Origin: Ramazzottius varieornatus
Taxonomy: Eukaryota; Animalia; Tardigrada
NCBI GenBank assembly: GCA_001949185.1
Contig: BDGG01000010.1
Location: 939,773-1,003,772, forward strand
DNA length: 64,000 nt
Direction of reading: 5' to 3'
Numbering within the stretch: position 1 is the first letter of the stretch; every line of letters starts with the position of its first letter. Of the stretch, positions 25,558 through 41,806 are shown one piece after another. A model generated the notes under the pieces. The model worked only from the letters and a program-made list of their open reading frames with translations. It searched no databases and was not told the DNA's origin. The position numbers were made by a program, and so were the translations under genes.

Positions 25558-27037
25558 CTACTGTACAACAACCGCTGACAAACAGAGAAAGGCCAAATTC
25601 AGCTCGTAAAGCAGCCTACTGAACACACCTGCTCGATATGGCGGCTCGAATAATGCCGAATCCACGCAGTAAACCAGCTGTCCGTTACCGCGACGGATAA
25701 TTTCATGAGTTCTGAAAACATAGTTTTCATGCCCGATACCGAAGTTTGATTGCCTCTCAAAAAACGAGATTGACTGTACGTACTTTTTGCTTTTCTGGCT
25801 CCAGCTTCGAGACTCCTTCGGGTAAGGGATATGAAAATCCTCAACGCTCTTGATGTACAATAGCAGATCGCAAACTTCTCGATCAGTCAAGATACCGCTC
25901 TAAGAGCCAAGCAAAGTTAAGGATAGGCGACGCACTCACAAGTAGAACACACACAGGGTCCCGTACCTCTCGCGGTCCCTTTCGGATCTCAGAGACTGTC
26001 ATCTGCGGAAAGCGGATCAGTAGGAAGAGTGGTCCAAGGACCTTTCGACAATTAGCAGCAGAAGTTTCCATGCATCTACGCTTGCACTCTTTCTCAGCGA
26101 ACCTGCAGTTGCTCACGTGCATTATACAGCGGAAATACCTTCCGCAGATCAGATCGAAGTTTACAGCGTACGCTACTTACTGAATGACGCTCCTGTAAAT
26201 CAGATACTCCGGGCAATACAACGTATCACGACGCATGATATCCGCCAGCCAGACGACGGAGACGTCCTTCTCGGTCAGTGGCAGCCAGGTGAAAAACTTG
26301 GCCGCATTCTTGTCGATCGCGCTGTAGCAGTGGCTGAGGAGTAATTCGCTTTTACAGGCGATACCCTATGGAGAAACTGATCTTAAAATCGAAAAACCCA
26401 AACACTTCACAAGGTCTCTTACGGCTAAAAACAGTTCCCATAACGTATCCGTAGAGTTACGATCCGAGAAGTAATCCTTGTCGCGATCCAACAAACTCTC
26501 CACAAAGTCAACGCATGACTTTTCCAGCTCCATGATGTTGTACGTGTTGGCCACTTTGAAGAACGACTGGACGTTCTGCAGGGTAAGTGTTGGTTTCTCG
26601 TCTTGTACAGAAACCTATAAACAGAAACAAGGACAATGCTGCAAAAGAACAACTAAAGTGGCGCAGTAGCTCAAGTCACCTGAGCATTCCCTGGAAAGCT
26701 TCTGGATCAACGTCCGGTACCTCGATCGCTTCGTACTCCGTCCGTACTACAGAAAGCATCGTCTCAAAGACAGGCCTTGTGGCTGTAAGGATTAACCTAC
26801 GAGCAGCATTCTTAGTCAAGCAAAACTCCAAGTTGAAACTGACACCGAGTCACCCGCAAAAATTGTAACTTACTTGTGAGCTTCGATCGTCACTTCCTCA
26901 TGCCCAACTCGGAATGTCACATCGCAAAGTCTTTTTGAGTCATACAACACGTGTCCCAAATCACCAAGGCTGCCAATCTCATCCTACCATGGAGAGCCTC
27001 GTGCCACCGTCGATCCGTTCACGGAACTTTGCGCCAT
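25558..27037 (-). pseudogene. BTB/POZ-BACK(-PHR) gene (BTBD1/2/3/6-like) with a nonsense codon and a frameshift
   Basis: ATG 27037. In-frame TAG at 26984-26986 (SPW*DEIG). BTB motifs CDVTFRVG...IEAHKLIL...PVFETML...IEVPDVDPEAFQGMLRFLY. 1-nt deficit near 26603 (TAC AA GAC GAG). BACK segment and LIRFPQMT. 3' end approximate. Confidence 0.75.
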
Positions 27038-28001
27038 CTTGAAAATCCACCTGTTGCTGTCTCGTGAGCCTCGATCGCGAATCAAAGTGGTCAAAAGCTT
27101 CCACGCTTTCACCCCAGCCGTCGAATGTCATCAAGCGTCCAGAATCCAGGTACTCGAATGCGAGTCACTCTGGCCGAGTGAAGGAAAGTTGAGAAGCTTG
27201 GCCTACGAAGAAGACCGGGCAGGAAACACACACACTCCTGCGAAACGGCTGAGTTTGGGAGAAAGCGGCGACGTTTGTGTCCAGCCAATCAACAGCCAAA
27301 GCCAAACTTTCTCTTCTCAAAGTTAACCGCGCGGCACGCCGAACCAAGCGATCCGGCCGCATACGTGGCAGGCTGGTACGTGAAAGCAGGTGGTACTCAG
27401 TAAATACCGCTGGTACCTGGTAGGCTGGTACTTGCTGGCACAACGAGGGAAATACCGGCGACTTATAACTCTTTTAGCCTTCTACATGCCGATCCTACTC
27501 ATCCTAGGGTCTCCCGAAATCCGGATTAACCCTTCGAAGAATTACCCTGCAACGTCCAACGTGTTCCTGATAATGCAGTAATGAAAGGAAAATACGGGGA
27601 AGAATGGCAGCTTCGAGAGGTTAATAAGTTTCCTCACAGCTTGCTACGGACATTACTGAACAACAAAAGCCAAGATTCCTGAAAGACAAGAATGTGCCAG
27701 CTAGAACAAACACAACAACCACTCGTAGTAAAAAAATAGTAAAATAAATTAATATTGCTTACGGTTAGTGCGAGCAGATGGTGGATCATGAGCGCCATTT
27801 ACAGCTGCGGTCAAGGCACTTTACAAAAAAGGTATTACAAGCCAGAATAACCTCCTCTACCCTCTGAGCAGGGACCTATTGAGCAGCATGTGTCTTTGCG
27901 GGTAACATGGAGCATAATCTTTGGGAGACTATCAGCAAACGACTTTGAAACAAGTTGCGCAAGCGGTCGACTTCCTTCAGCTACTTTAGTGACCTGTAGG
28001 C

Positions 28002-30051
28002 TCAGGCTAACTGTGGATGCTCCAGCTGTTGCACCACTTTTCTTGGGAGATGCAAGAGAGCGACTTTCTCAGCGGGAACAGAGCTACGAATCGTCCTAAG
28101 ACAACCTGTCCTCAGCTTGTTCATTCGCATCGGAGCTCTGTAGATCCGGAAGGAGCCTCTTCGCGACCTACATGGATACGAGCGATGGATTAAACTTCAC
28201 GACTTCATCAGTGATTGTTGAGATGTTGAAAAGGCTGAATGAGTTCTTCTCCGAGGTTTCCTACGTACCCGACAGAGAAGAGGAAGCTGTTATGCGAGTA
28301 GGATACGACGCGCGTGTCAGGAAAGCGAGTGGCTTGACGAGGAACCGTTGCATTCGACACGTCCCACACTCGAACGATACTGCAAGTATGACAAAACAGA
28401 ATTAGGAGTTCTTGTTCTTCGCCAAGAGAGAAAGGAATAGAAACGTCTGGGATTGCTCGACTGTAAAATATGTCGCAAAAGCAAGGACTTACCCGTCATT
28501 GCAGATGGTGACAATGTGCCATCCATCACGAGAGGCTACGACCTTGCGTACTTCGTGCCCGTTTACGCCGCCGGCGAATATGGGTCGCGGCGGAGGTAGC
28601 ATGTGATAGAAGCTGGAGCGAATTTCCCCCGTAGCCACTTCCCAGCAGATGACGCGAGTGTCCAGGCTGGAAGTGTACAGAAAGGCGCCGTCGGGGGAGA
28701 ATGCGCAGCTCGTTACGTCATTGTTGTGCCCTTCGAACTTTCCCTCGAGCTTGCCAGATCGAGCGTTCCAAAGCTTAACCTAGAAAGCACGTCAGACTTT
28801 TGCATAACATGCCAGAGGATGAAAATCACAGCAGCCAAAGGCAACATGCGACTACAGGACTAATGCACTAAATAATATAAATATATGGACATATTATTTT
28901 GTGCAGGTATGCACAAAATGCAGGTATACACTAATGCACAAAGATACTGTTAAAGGTGACGTCAGCACGCACCAGCTTTCCAATTCCGACACTGGCGATG
29001 AGCTGTGCGTTGGAAGACCATGCTAAGCCTAGAACGGGCTTGATGTGAGGCAGACTATGGAACATGTTCCCGTCATCCATGGAGTCCCACAGCTTGATGG
29101 TACAGTCTTGGGAGGAAGATGCAAGAACGAGGCTACCATCAGGCGAGAAGCTGAGCTCCGTGATGGCTTTCTTATGGTCGCGGAGGACGAGCATGATTTT
29201 ATCTACAATCACAACAGTAAACTGAGTGCTCGGCTAAACAATCTCAACCAGTGCGCCACTTTGGGAAGGCGATCTGGCCGAGTCTATTTGCCGGCCTCCC
29301 AATCATCAATCTATATTCGAAAAGTCTTGCGAAAAGCTCGTCGGACTATAAAGTCTAAAAAGACAAGGCTGAATTTGTGCTCACCAGAAACAATGTCCCA
29401 TATTTTGATGTCTCCGTTCAACAGGCCAGCAGCCAGGACTACACTTCCCAGCGCAAAGTTCTGCAGTCGGTTATAGTTGACTTCTCCCGCATGCCACTTC
29501 TTGTCCGAAGATCGACATCCGAACGCCAAAGCCACCACTGGCCCATGACAGTCCAGGCATTTCTTTTCTCGAACTGCTTGAGGATTGATTAGCAGGTCGA
29601 AAGGCCGCGAACTAAGAACAATATTCTATGAAAACTTTATAGCTATATTATGTTGGGCAGTTGAACCTCCTCAGCATTACAAAAATAACGGAAAAATTCC
29701 AGCAGTTTAAAACAGGAATATGTACGTACGTATCGGAAGTAGGCGAGGACGTTTGAAGGATGAAGACTTTGCTCGTTCCCAATGACCAAGCAAAAGTGCG
29801 GCCATCAGGCGCCCACGCGGACGATAAGACTTCTTCGCCGTGCTTCCTCGGACACTCAAACTCGGCATCCGTATCTATCTCCAACAGCTTGTGTGGTTGA
29901 GCTGCAACAAAAACGTCATTAGGCATCATAACCGATGACTAGGAGCCACATCCCCCTCATGACTAAATATAGATAGCACGCGCTACATAGCAAATTCGTA
30001 ATAAGACCACTTACGGATGGTGAGCTCGTTTCCGCTGGCAAAACTAGCCAT
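28002..30051 (-). CDS. WSB1: WD repeat and SOCS box-containing protein
   Basis: N-terminus MASFAS. WD40 repeats (AWAPDGRTFAWS, LAAGLLNGDIKIWD, SSQDCTIKLWDSMDDGNMF). C-terminal SOCS box CLRTIRSSVPAEKVALLHLPRKVVQQL; TGA at 28002-28004. Confidence 0.9.
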
Positions 30052-31008
30052 CCAGTAGCTATCAGAATTGGAGGAGGAATCGCCTGAGAACCTAGACCAG
30101 AGATCCGATCGTGAGAAGTGATATATGGACAAGAGTTTGAAATCCGTCCAAAGTGTCGTCAGTCGGTTTATATAAGGCGAGAAGGATAAGTTTCAAGTAC
30201 GCTCTCTTGATATGATGCAGCTTCACGAAGAGCTTCTTCCTTTGTGATAATTCTCAGAGGTAAACGAGAAAAGATCGACAGAAGAGAAGAATGGCAGCTC
30301 TCAAATGCCTGCTAGAAAATCTTTCCCCGAAAGACCAATTCGAACTATCGAGTGTCGACCGTCAAGGAGTTTGTTTTGGAATTTGAATTTTCGTCTCCTG
30401 GTGCGATGCGCGTAACGGTCAGGTTTTGGGCGGTCTTACTCTAGTGCACCACTCGGTGCGCGAGTTTTACACCAATGTTTCAGTCGGTGGTGCGCGGACA
30501 GATCTGTGCATTACGATTCTGACCAGTCATAAGTAGGACACCAACTGTTGATTGCGTCAGACGGTAACGGTAGCGCCGCTACTTCGCTTGGACTCTGCTA
30601 CCAAGAGTGGTTCATCGGAACCGTTCGCTGGCCGTTGGTCAGCTCATTTACATCGGCATCTTCCACGTTTGCCAGGAATACTACTGACGGCTTTTCGTGG
30701 AAATTCCGGAACGATTCGACGTCACAGAATGAACGAGGCGACGAGACAGAGTGCAGTGCAGCTTTATGGTCGATCCATCAGGCAAAACAGCTGGATCTTC
30801 ATTTGGCCGAGCGCAGACGATGACTCATGGTACGTGAGACATACGTGGTCTGGTTGACTATACCGCGGTTCCACATTCGGTTTCTAAAATCATTTTCTGC
30901 ATCTTGATGACTGCTGATCGTCTCCCTTCTTCTTCCGCTTCCGGTCCTCATCAGATATGCTCTCTTGAAGTCCATTTAGACCTCTATTAGCAGCTTTCCG
31001 TACGGAAA

Positions 31009-33920
<2,912 letters not shown>

Positions 33921-34306
33921 CTGCTCCACACAGTCCACTCTTCCCCAGTGCCGTCCTCCATGGCTGTAGTAGTCTGGCGTAGCTATCTAGAAAAAACCAC
34001 TTTTTTCAGATTTTATCGTCGGTTAGACTTTGGGGTTTTGTAGAAGATAGACTGATGGAGAAGAGAGAAAAGTATGTTCTAGCCAATAACAATTGCCTTC
34101 TCTTTGTGACTAATGTACTCAGTACAGTGTACTGTGCTCGAGAAGTTTTTAACGTGGATTTGTTCTCGTATACATTTACTACTGAAGAACACTTTACTGG
34201 AATGTCAAAAGAGAGGAATATATGGCCAGAGTATTTTCTGAGGAAAAAGAACAAAACCACATGATTCCAACACTAGTTCAGCTAACAAAGACGAAATCAT
34301 TTTCCC

Positions 34307-34352
34307 ATGTGGCGCACGCTCGTAGCCAGTCACAAAGAATAGTGCGCCACTT
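34307..34352. repeat. Palindromic element with a 24-bp spacer, between convergent 3' ends
   Basis: ggcgcac 34311-34317, 24-bp spacer containing agccagtcac, gtgcgccactt from 34342. Confidence 0.8.
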
Positions 34353-34398
34353 ACGTATCGATCAGGGCGAAATCGTTTGCCGCCCATGTACGCATGAT

Positions 34399-36299
34399 CT
34401 AACGGTAAGTGGTTCCGCCACTTGGTCCTCCGAAATTTCCGCTGGTTCCTCCGTAGCCACCACCATAACCACTAGGGCTACCACCGTACCCACCTCCGCT
34501 GCTCGTCTGCGAGCCGAAAGTCTGACCATAGCCACCCAAATCGGTGTTTCCACTACCGCCCATTCCACCTCCCATACTCATGTAGGCGTCAGTCGTGGCG
34601 CTGCCGTAGTTGCTAGCTGAATACCCCTGGTCAGTTCGGGTACTTCCGGCGTATGCACCACTGGACAAACGAGGGAACCCGCCATCGTGGCTTCCGTGGT
34701 TGTGATGGCTACGCGAGTGGCCGTCGTCGTGGTACCCACCTCGGCTTTCTTGGTTGTACGAGCTGGGGCCTCGGTTGGAGTTGTTTGAGTTGTAGCCTGC
34801 GTAACCGATTCGACTCGAATCTGGAACGAGAGCATATTACCATTTTGAGTCTTGTTATCTTCGATATTTTTATTCACCGTGAGATGGTCCGTGGTGTCGA
34901 TCGCGACTGTCGCTGAACATACCGCCCATTGCGGCGCTGCTTCGGTACATACCGGTGGTGTCCATACCATTGCCGGCAAAGCCCATACTGGAAGAGTTCA
35001 TACCGGAAGAGCCCATGTTGGACGAACCTATGCCAGAAGCGTATCCGTGACTCCGGTTTCCGCCTCCATAAGACGCGGCAATTCCGCGGTCGCCATAAGA
35101 CCCATACGAGTCGCGATTGTTTGATTGACTGCGGTGACGATCCTATAAGAGACAGCAACAAGAAAGTGTACAGAATTACAGGGCACGATCCAGACCGTAC
35201 GGTGTATGGCTATCAGGTTCGTTACCTCGTCGCGATGCCGATAGGTTGGATCGTCAACTGCGAATATTATTTCAGAAGACCCAGAACATGTGTTTGATAA
35301 ATTAGGATGTTCCCTTAGTCAGAAAGGCGTACTGTTTCTCCACGAGAGATCGGAGCTACTGATGCCGCTTTGGTTTCCCAGCCCGGTACTGGAATCTGCA
35401 GTTTCCCAAAAGCTCAGTCATGTACTGGGAAACGAAAACGGATTTCCACTGATTTGTACTTACGTCTGCCAAATCCCTCCTGGTGACCGAGATCTGTGCG
35501 ACCACCTGCAAAGCGAAACGAAAGTGGCTTTGGACACATTGCACGGCGCAGGTGGTCCTCCTTAGATGGGTCAAAATGGCGCTACGAAGTTCCACATACG
35601 GATACGCGACTGACTTACTTCCGAGACTGTCCTGGTGTCCCAGACTTGTGCTTGTGTCTGAAAGAGTATCGCGTACATTGCGGGTGGAAAAACGAATAAA
35701 GACGAAACCAAAATGATGCACGATTAGTCTCAAAAGTACTCACGACTTCCGAATCCTTCCTGGTGTCCCAAGTTGGTGCTCTTCTGTCTTCCGAAGCCTT
35801 CTTGATGCCCCAGACTGGTGCTTGACGCTGTAATTAGACACCACTTGGAGATGCGGCACGAAATTGCGGTTCCTCAAGCCCCAGATCATGGGGACCTTGA
35901 AATATCAACCACATACTAACCCTGCCCGAAGCCTTCTTGTCGGCTCAGCCTGGTGCTGCCTGAGGGTGGAAGCGCAGGTACAGTCACTGCACTGAAGGCA
36001 AATCGACAACAGTTTCTGGGAGGGAACTTACTGTTGCCGAAGCCGTCCTGATGTCCTAATCCATAGCTGCTAATGTTATTCAAGGGCCCGGTGCTGTGCC
36101 CTTGTCTTCCGATATGACCATAATCACCGGCATACAGTCCTGAAGAGTTGCGCTGAAACAAAAAAATAGTATCTGTAAAGTGTCAGCATGTCTGAAGCAT
36201 CGATCTCGCACATGATCCTTAGCACCGCAGCAGGCGAGTGGCATCCTCAAACTCTACCTTTGCATATCCACCGGAAGTGGAATAATGGGAGTCAGACAT
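34399..36299 (-). CDS. Uncharacterised Gly/Ser/Tyr/His-rich intrinsically disordered protein with STxLGHQEGFG repeats
   Basis: ATG 36299 (MSDSHYSTSGGYAK). Consecutive GT-AG exons splice in frame, giving LGHQDGFG, LSRQEGFG, LGHQEGFG x3 and LGHQDSLG. GSY/GGY-rich tail ends GGTTYR* at 34399. Confidence 0.72.
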
Positions 36300-36474
36300 G
36301 ATTGCTTTCGAAGCAGGAAGTCTTGCAATAGAACGGAGAAAACTTGGTTTGGGCAAACAGGCACGTGATGCTTAGTTCAGTGCGAGTAGCCAGTATGAAC
36401 AAGACGGGAAATAAGTCAAGTCGATAGGCGACCAAACGACGACCAAAGCGTCGGAATTGATTATCTGCAGTTGA

Positions 36475-37601
36475 CAGAGTGTAGAAGAAACCGGTTGGAG
36501 GAACACTCGTTCATACGCCCTGCCACCCGAGGCACCGCCCCTGAGAGATGGTCCTGTGAGGGGGTTCCCCTGCTCGAAGAAGTTGTTCGAGGTTGGGCGC
36601 CCTGCTGACCCCGATGACACGGCGCACTACGTCAGCGGAAGTGCATGACGTCATAGAATCGATCAGATGGCGCCAAACAGATCAAAAGTGCTCAGGTGTA
36701 AACGAAGTCACTGTCGTCTTGGATGCCTTCCAGCCGCGGATATAGGAGCAATCAGTGCACGGGATGATGATTCTAGCACCAGGCTGGACGGCTTTGGGGA
36801 TCATGCCTGCTTCCTTCAGGGAGTGGTAGACCTTCAAGGCGCAAGAGTTGGGAGCACAGACATTATAACAGGAAGAGTTGCTTTCTCGGAATGGCGTAGG
36901 AGACCAGGGAGCTTCTGCCACAGCAATGACACTGCGGGGACTGGGATGAAGATAAAAGTAGTCCAGATGGATGCCATGATAAATCGTGATACAGTCCACA
37001 GCTTCAGCAAAGGAATAAGCTGTCATTCTAATCGTCCGTGGGCTCCACAGGGATGAAATCGTAAGGAATATAGTACTCTTGCCGGGTGTATCTGCACCTT
37101 CTTCTGCACCTGTTGGCACTCTTTCAGGTTGATGTAGACCTTCCTGGCACCAAGAATTAACAGCACAAAGATCGCAGCAGGTGACTTCACCCTTAAATGA
37201 TGTCTTCCACAGACAAGAGGAAGCTTGACAATGGCCAAGGAAATTCTGAGGCTTAGCAAAATCTTTCTTTTCTCCGACCTTGTACATGTAATAATACAAT
37301 AAATAAACAGAAAGAAAAGGGATCCCAAGATCCAGAAAGATGAATCAACAAAAGGGACAAAAGAGGTCTTTAAGACCCGCAAAATAAATCACAGAAAGTC
37401 ACGAGTGCGCCATCGGATCGATTCGATAACGCATGCACTTCCGTACGCCATGTCATCGGGGTCAGCAGGGAGCCCACCCTCGAACAACTTTTTCGAGCGG
37501 GGGAACCCCCTAACAGGACCATCACACAGGGGCGGTGCCCAGGGTCTCGGGGCGTATGGACGAGTGTGCCTCCTACCGTTTAGGGGAAATTCTACGTTCT
37601 G
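36475..37601. mobile_element. Probable non-autonomous DNA element with ~200-bp imperfect inverted arms
   Basis: 36475-36674 is the diverged reverse complement of ~37405-37601 (the ORF track gives SSGSAG.P.SNNFFE.GNPLTGPS on opposite strands). No TSD or transposase recognised. Confidence 0.6.
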
Positions 37602-38191
37602 CTATTTGTCCGGCATTTAGACTTTAGAATAACGTTACCAACCTGCAACGGGAAGCATTTCTGAGTCTTTTGCGGAAAAGCGGAAAACCAGAAAGGTCAC
37701 AAATCCAGGAGAAACACATTGCATTCACTTCCTGGTTCGATGCAGTGATGCCCAGGCATCTCCGAACATCACCTGCGCGCAGCGGAAAGCCCGCTGGGAA
37801 TTTTAGGTTATTTACGTACCTATCGATGCTTCAAATACAGTCAAAAAATTTAACGGTTATCTATTGTAATTTCAGCCTTCTCTGAAATGGGAAATAAGAA
37901 CCAAAAGATCCAAAACCAAAACTAAATGTGCATAAATTTCGCGAATTAAAACTGAGCGCCGCAAGCGCGTTCCAGTGAGCGACCTGTGCGGACCACAGTG
38001 TGCCCGTGAACCAATCAACTGAACGCACCCGTGGTTAGGTCATCGCGATCGAGTTTCTAGTGCCTGATTTCAAATCAGCTGATCGATCCGCTTCATAAAA
38101 CGATCTCTTTATTAAATTTGGCATCTAAATTTTCAGCAAACGTTCTCGTTCTGTATTCTCCCTGTACCTGTGTGTGGTGATTGTAGGAAGG

Positions 38192-39572
38192 ATGGAGTCC
38201 AATAATAAGACCGTGGTGGTAACAGGAGCATCGGGACTGCTTGGACGTGCTGTGCTGAAGCGATTCGAGGAAGCCGGCTGGAAAGCGACTGGACTAGCCT
38301 TCTCCCGAGCACATAAGCATCCCAACCTGGTCAAGCTGGACATCACGGACCAGGAAGCTGTCAAGCATTTCCTTGTTTCTACTAGGGTGAGTTTGATTTG
38401 CTGTGATGCTGTGTGGTGCGAGGATGGAGCTTTGTTCCGAACGTTCGGTGGAACGGTTTCTTCCCTTTTGCAGCCGGAAGTGATAGTCCATTGTGCAGCG
38501 GAGAAGTCTCCGGACGTCGTGGAGAAGCAGCCGGAAGAAGCTCGAAAGCTCAACGCCGACGCCACGAGGAACTTGGCTCTATGTGCAGGTTTGTCTACGT
38601 GAAACATTGTAATTTGTTACTCAAGTGTAGATAATATGACCAAATGTATGCATTGGCTGTTTTATTTTGGCAGTGCAGGTAAAAGCCTTCTTTATATACA
38701 TCAGCACCGACTCAGTGTTCGATGGGAAGAACCCCCCGTATGCGGAAGATGCCACGACAAGCCCGTTGAATAAGTACGGACACAGCAAGCGAGACGGGGA
38801 AGTGTCTACAATAAACCTGAATGCTGGTAAGCTACCTGTTACTCTTCCAAATAGTCGAATACAGTGGCTTATCGAAACTTCTTCATGACAGTATCAGTTT
38901 CTTTTACGGACTTACAAAGTTCTGTTACTTTCAGGTGTGGTGCTACGAATCCCGTTTCTTTATGGTCCCGTCGACGAGCTGGCCGAGAGCTCGGTGGCCA
39001 TTCTATTCGGACAAGTCAAAGCCGGCAAACCGGTCACAATATCACATTACGATTATCGTCGACCTGCACACGTTGACGATATCGCTGGAGTCGTGCTTCT
39101 TCTGGCCGAAAAGAAACTAGCTGTGAGTAAACTCGAGCATCTTCTTACAAAGCTTCCTCAACCAGTCTTGTTGTGTATGTTAAAAGCCAGTCCACGAGAT
39201 TTCAAAATGATTTAGTTTCCCAAGTCTGTTCAGGGAGAGCAAATTTACGGAATCTATCACTGGTCGGGACCGGACCAGATGACAAAGTACGAGATGGCTT
39301 TGATCATGGCGGACCTATTCAAACTGCCGAAGGACCATATCAAGGCCGACCCTAATGCGCCGACTTCCGGTGCTCCGAGAGCCGTTGGTGGGTCGCCGCA
39401 GGTTCTTCTGGACAGGCTGTTGTGATGCACATTTATACTTTCACGAACTGATGGTTCTTCATTTCTAGATCCATCGCTGAGCTGCGAACGCCTACAGAAA
39501 CTTGGTGCGCCCACACCTGTTGACTTCCGCACCGGAGTCGTCCCGGTTCTTCAGCCTTTCCTTAATGCTTAA
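38192..39572 (+). CDS. MAT2B: Methionine adenosyltransferase 2 subunit beta (RmlD-like)
   Basis: VVTGASGLLGRAV, IVHCAAEKSPDVVE, YISTDSVFDGKNPPY, PLNKYGHSKRDGE, VLRIPFLYG, GIYHWSG...MTKYEMA; TAA 39570-39572. Confidence 0.93.
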
Positions 39573-41806
39573 TACATAGCTTGAAGAACGTAGATTATTT
39601 TGATGATACGTTAGCTTGTGATAATTTGGTTCTATGGTTCCTGATTTAACATTTTTAGAAAGTTAGTTGTACCATTTTTGATATTGCGGGTTTGGTCTGA
39701 ATTTAGGTTCAGTGTTGGGAGGATGTTCGAAAGGGGTTTTCGGTGAAGTTAAACTTTGACGAGGCAGTCAATTATGGATTTGGAGATCTATCAATGACTT
39801 TGAAAAGTCTGCCGTAGATTAGTGTATTAAAATCACAGAAGGCCTGAAGTATCCCGTAGTGCAATTAGGCATCAGGAGTTAAGCGAAATGATTGACTTTG
39901 AAGAGCGATGCGAATCTTCAAGTCGACTTATCGGCCTGCTGCTGCCCTTACTTCATTTCATCGTACTCTCTTTTCTTTCTGTAAAGTTTATAGGAAGGAG
40001 ATCAGATGTTTATGATGAGGAGGAAATTTGTCTGCGGTATATCCGCGTTGTAGAGAGTAATCATCATCATCTGTTGATACCTGCACGGTGCGTATCGAAG
40101 GCCGGGCAGATGTTGCTCGACCTCGGTTCCTACCCAGTGGTGATGGCGACACTTGCGGCTTTTCATATTTCCTTCTCCATCGCTTTGAATTATATATGTG
40201 TCAGTGGCTGTTCCGCTCTTCGGTAAAGTCATTTTGTACTCTTCAGGTGGAAAAGGAGACAAAGAGAAATCTCGATACAACATGTAGCCACCTCTCGCCA
40301 TCGGTCGCGCACAGCACCTGCCTCTGCCCATAAGCTGCCGGATCTACTGTCAAATATTTCTAAAGAAAAGTTTATTAAGACCCCACCATTCTCAATGTAC
40401 GATTATTTTCTTTGAATAAGTCCGCATACCCCTGACAAAACATCTTGATCTTTATTACGGAATCTTTCATTGACCAAATCCCTCTATTGAGAACTCGAAG
40501 AAAGAGCTCGCCCACATGGACACGAGCATTAAGATGCAGCTGCTTCCTTTGAAATTTTAAAATGGAATTTTGGATGGAAATAAGCTTATTAGGTCACCCA
40601 AGGAATGAACTGGCTATTTCAGAACTAATGATATCGAATCTTCAGGAAGGCTATATGCAGTGCGGCAATGCTGTTGTACAGGATATTTTGAAGGTCGCCA
40701 ACGCAAAGGTCACTTTCCGCCCCGTTTGTATCTGACATATCCTTTGCCACCCATTAACGGTTCGAATTTATATTCCAGATATTCGGGAGGAGGTCCATGA
40801 CCTATTCGTGCAATCTGAAAGTGGTCAAGCTCTTGTGGGCGTTAATGTCACTGCTCATTAAGTGCAGATGTCACCGAGAAAGTCACCGCGATATATTGCT
40901 CCATGTCATCCATGAATATGGAGATTGCGTCAAGGAGTTCGTTGACCATATTGACCATTTCTACGAGGGTGGAATTATAAAAAGAAATAAAAGAACAGCT
41001 GGGAGCAATCAGATGTTGACAGAAAGTAGTTTAATTTCTGTGCTGCCACTGCGTGACTGATATAAAGAACGGTTCACTAACTTTGGTTCTTCGTGAAAGA
41101 AACTTTAGCTGCGCAGGTTACGGTTCTCTGAGTTTTTGGTGACGCCATGTTACGTACACAAAGGACGTGGAACTCCAAGGTTAGCACGTACTTTACTGCC
41201 GTTTCGGGTGTGGTCGCTGTCAGGAAACTGTTATTAGAACGACCACAAATGTCCGAAATGGTTGGTAAAATACTAGCCATTTCCCGTAGTGGCCGAAGGA
41301 AGATTAAGCGTCGCCCATGGGCTGGACATCAAAGACCATCATACGTCTTCCATCGGTCTTCGTCCGGTCACATAGAAACCAGTCCGGTCAGACGGTGCCT
41401 TCGATAGAAGTGGGTCGAACTGCTATCTGCTTTTCTATTGTACTGGACGGTCAACAGCACGTCGTACTGGAATTAAATAATCCGAAGCAATCTTTTCCTT
41501 TGCTTCTTTGCTTCAGTCTGTGAAGCTGATGGCTGCGACCTGATATTTCTTTTGCATTCACTTCGAAACGACTCATAATCATTGTACGATTCTCATAATT
41601 TCTACCAGTATATATTTCGGGAGTATGTAGCAAGGCGTTTTCGTAAGAACTTAGTTTTGCGAATCGCAGTATCCCAGTCCCGTTCGCGGAGTATCCAGCA
41701 AAACCGCGTCGCCTCTGTTGTGTTCACACAGGCCAAGTTATCCGCTCCGCTTCTTGTGCCTTGATCCCCGTTTCGCCTCCAACCTGGTGGTTCATAACTC
41801 GCTGTA

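Noticed and set aside
16251-29262. Isolated or degenerate half-sites of the N25 element (16251, 20751, 20991, 26656, 29251)
   Set aside because: Partner arm absent or too degenerate at 25 bp; not counted as copies
36682-37299. 205-aa ORF inside the inverted repeat as a transposase
   Set aside because: No DDE or other catalytic motifs recognised
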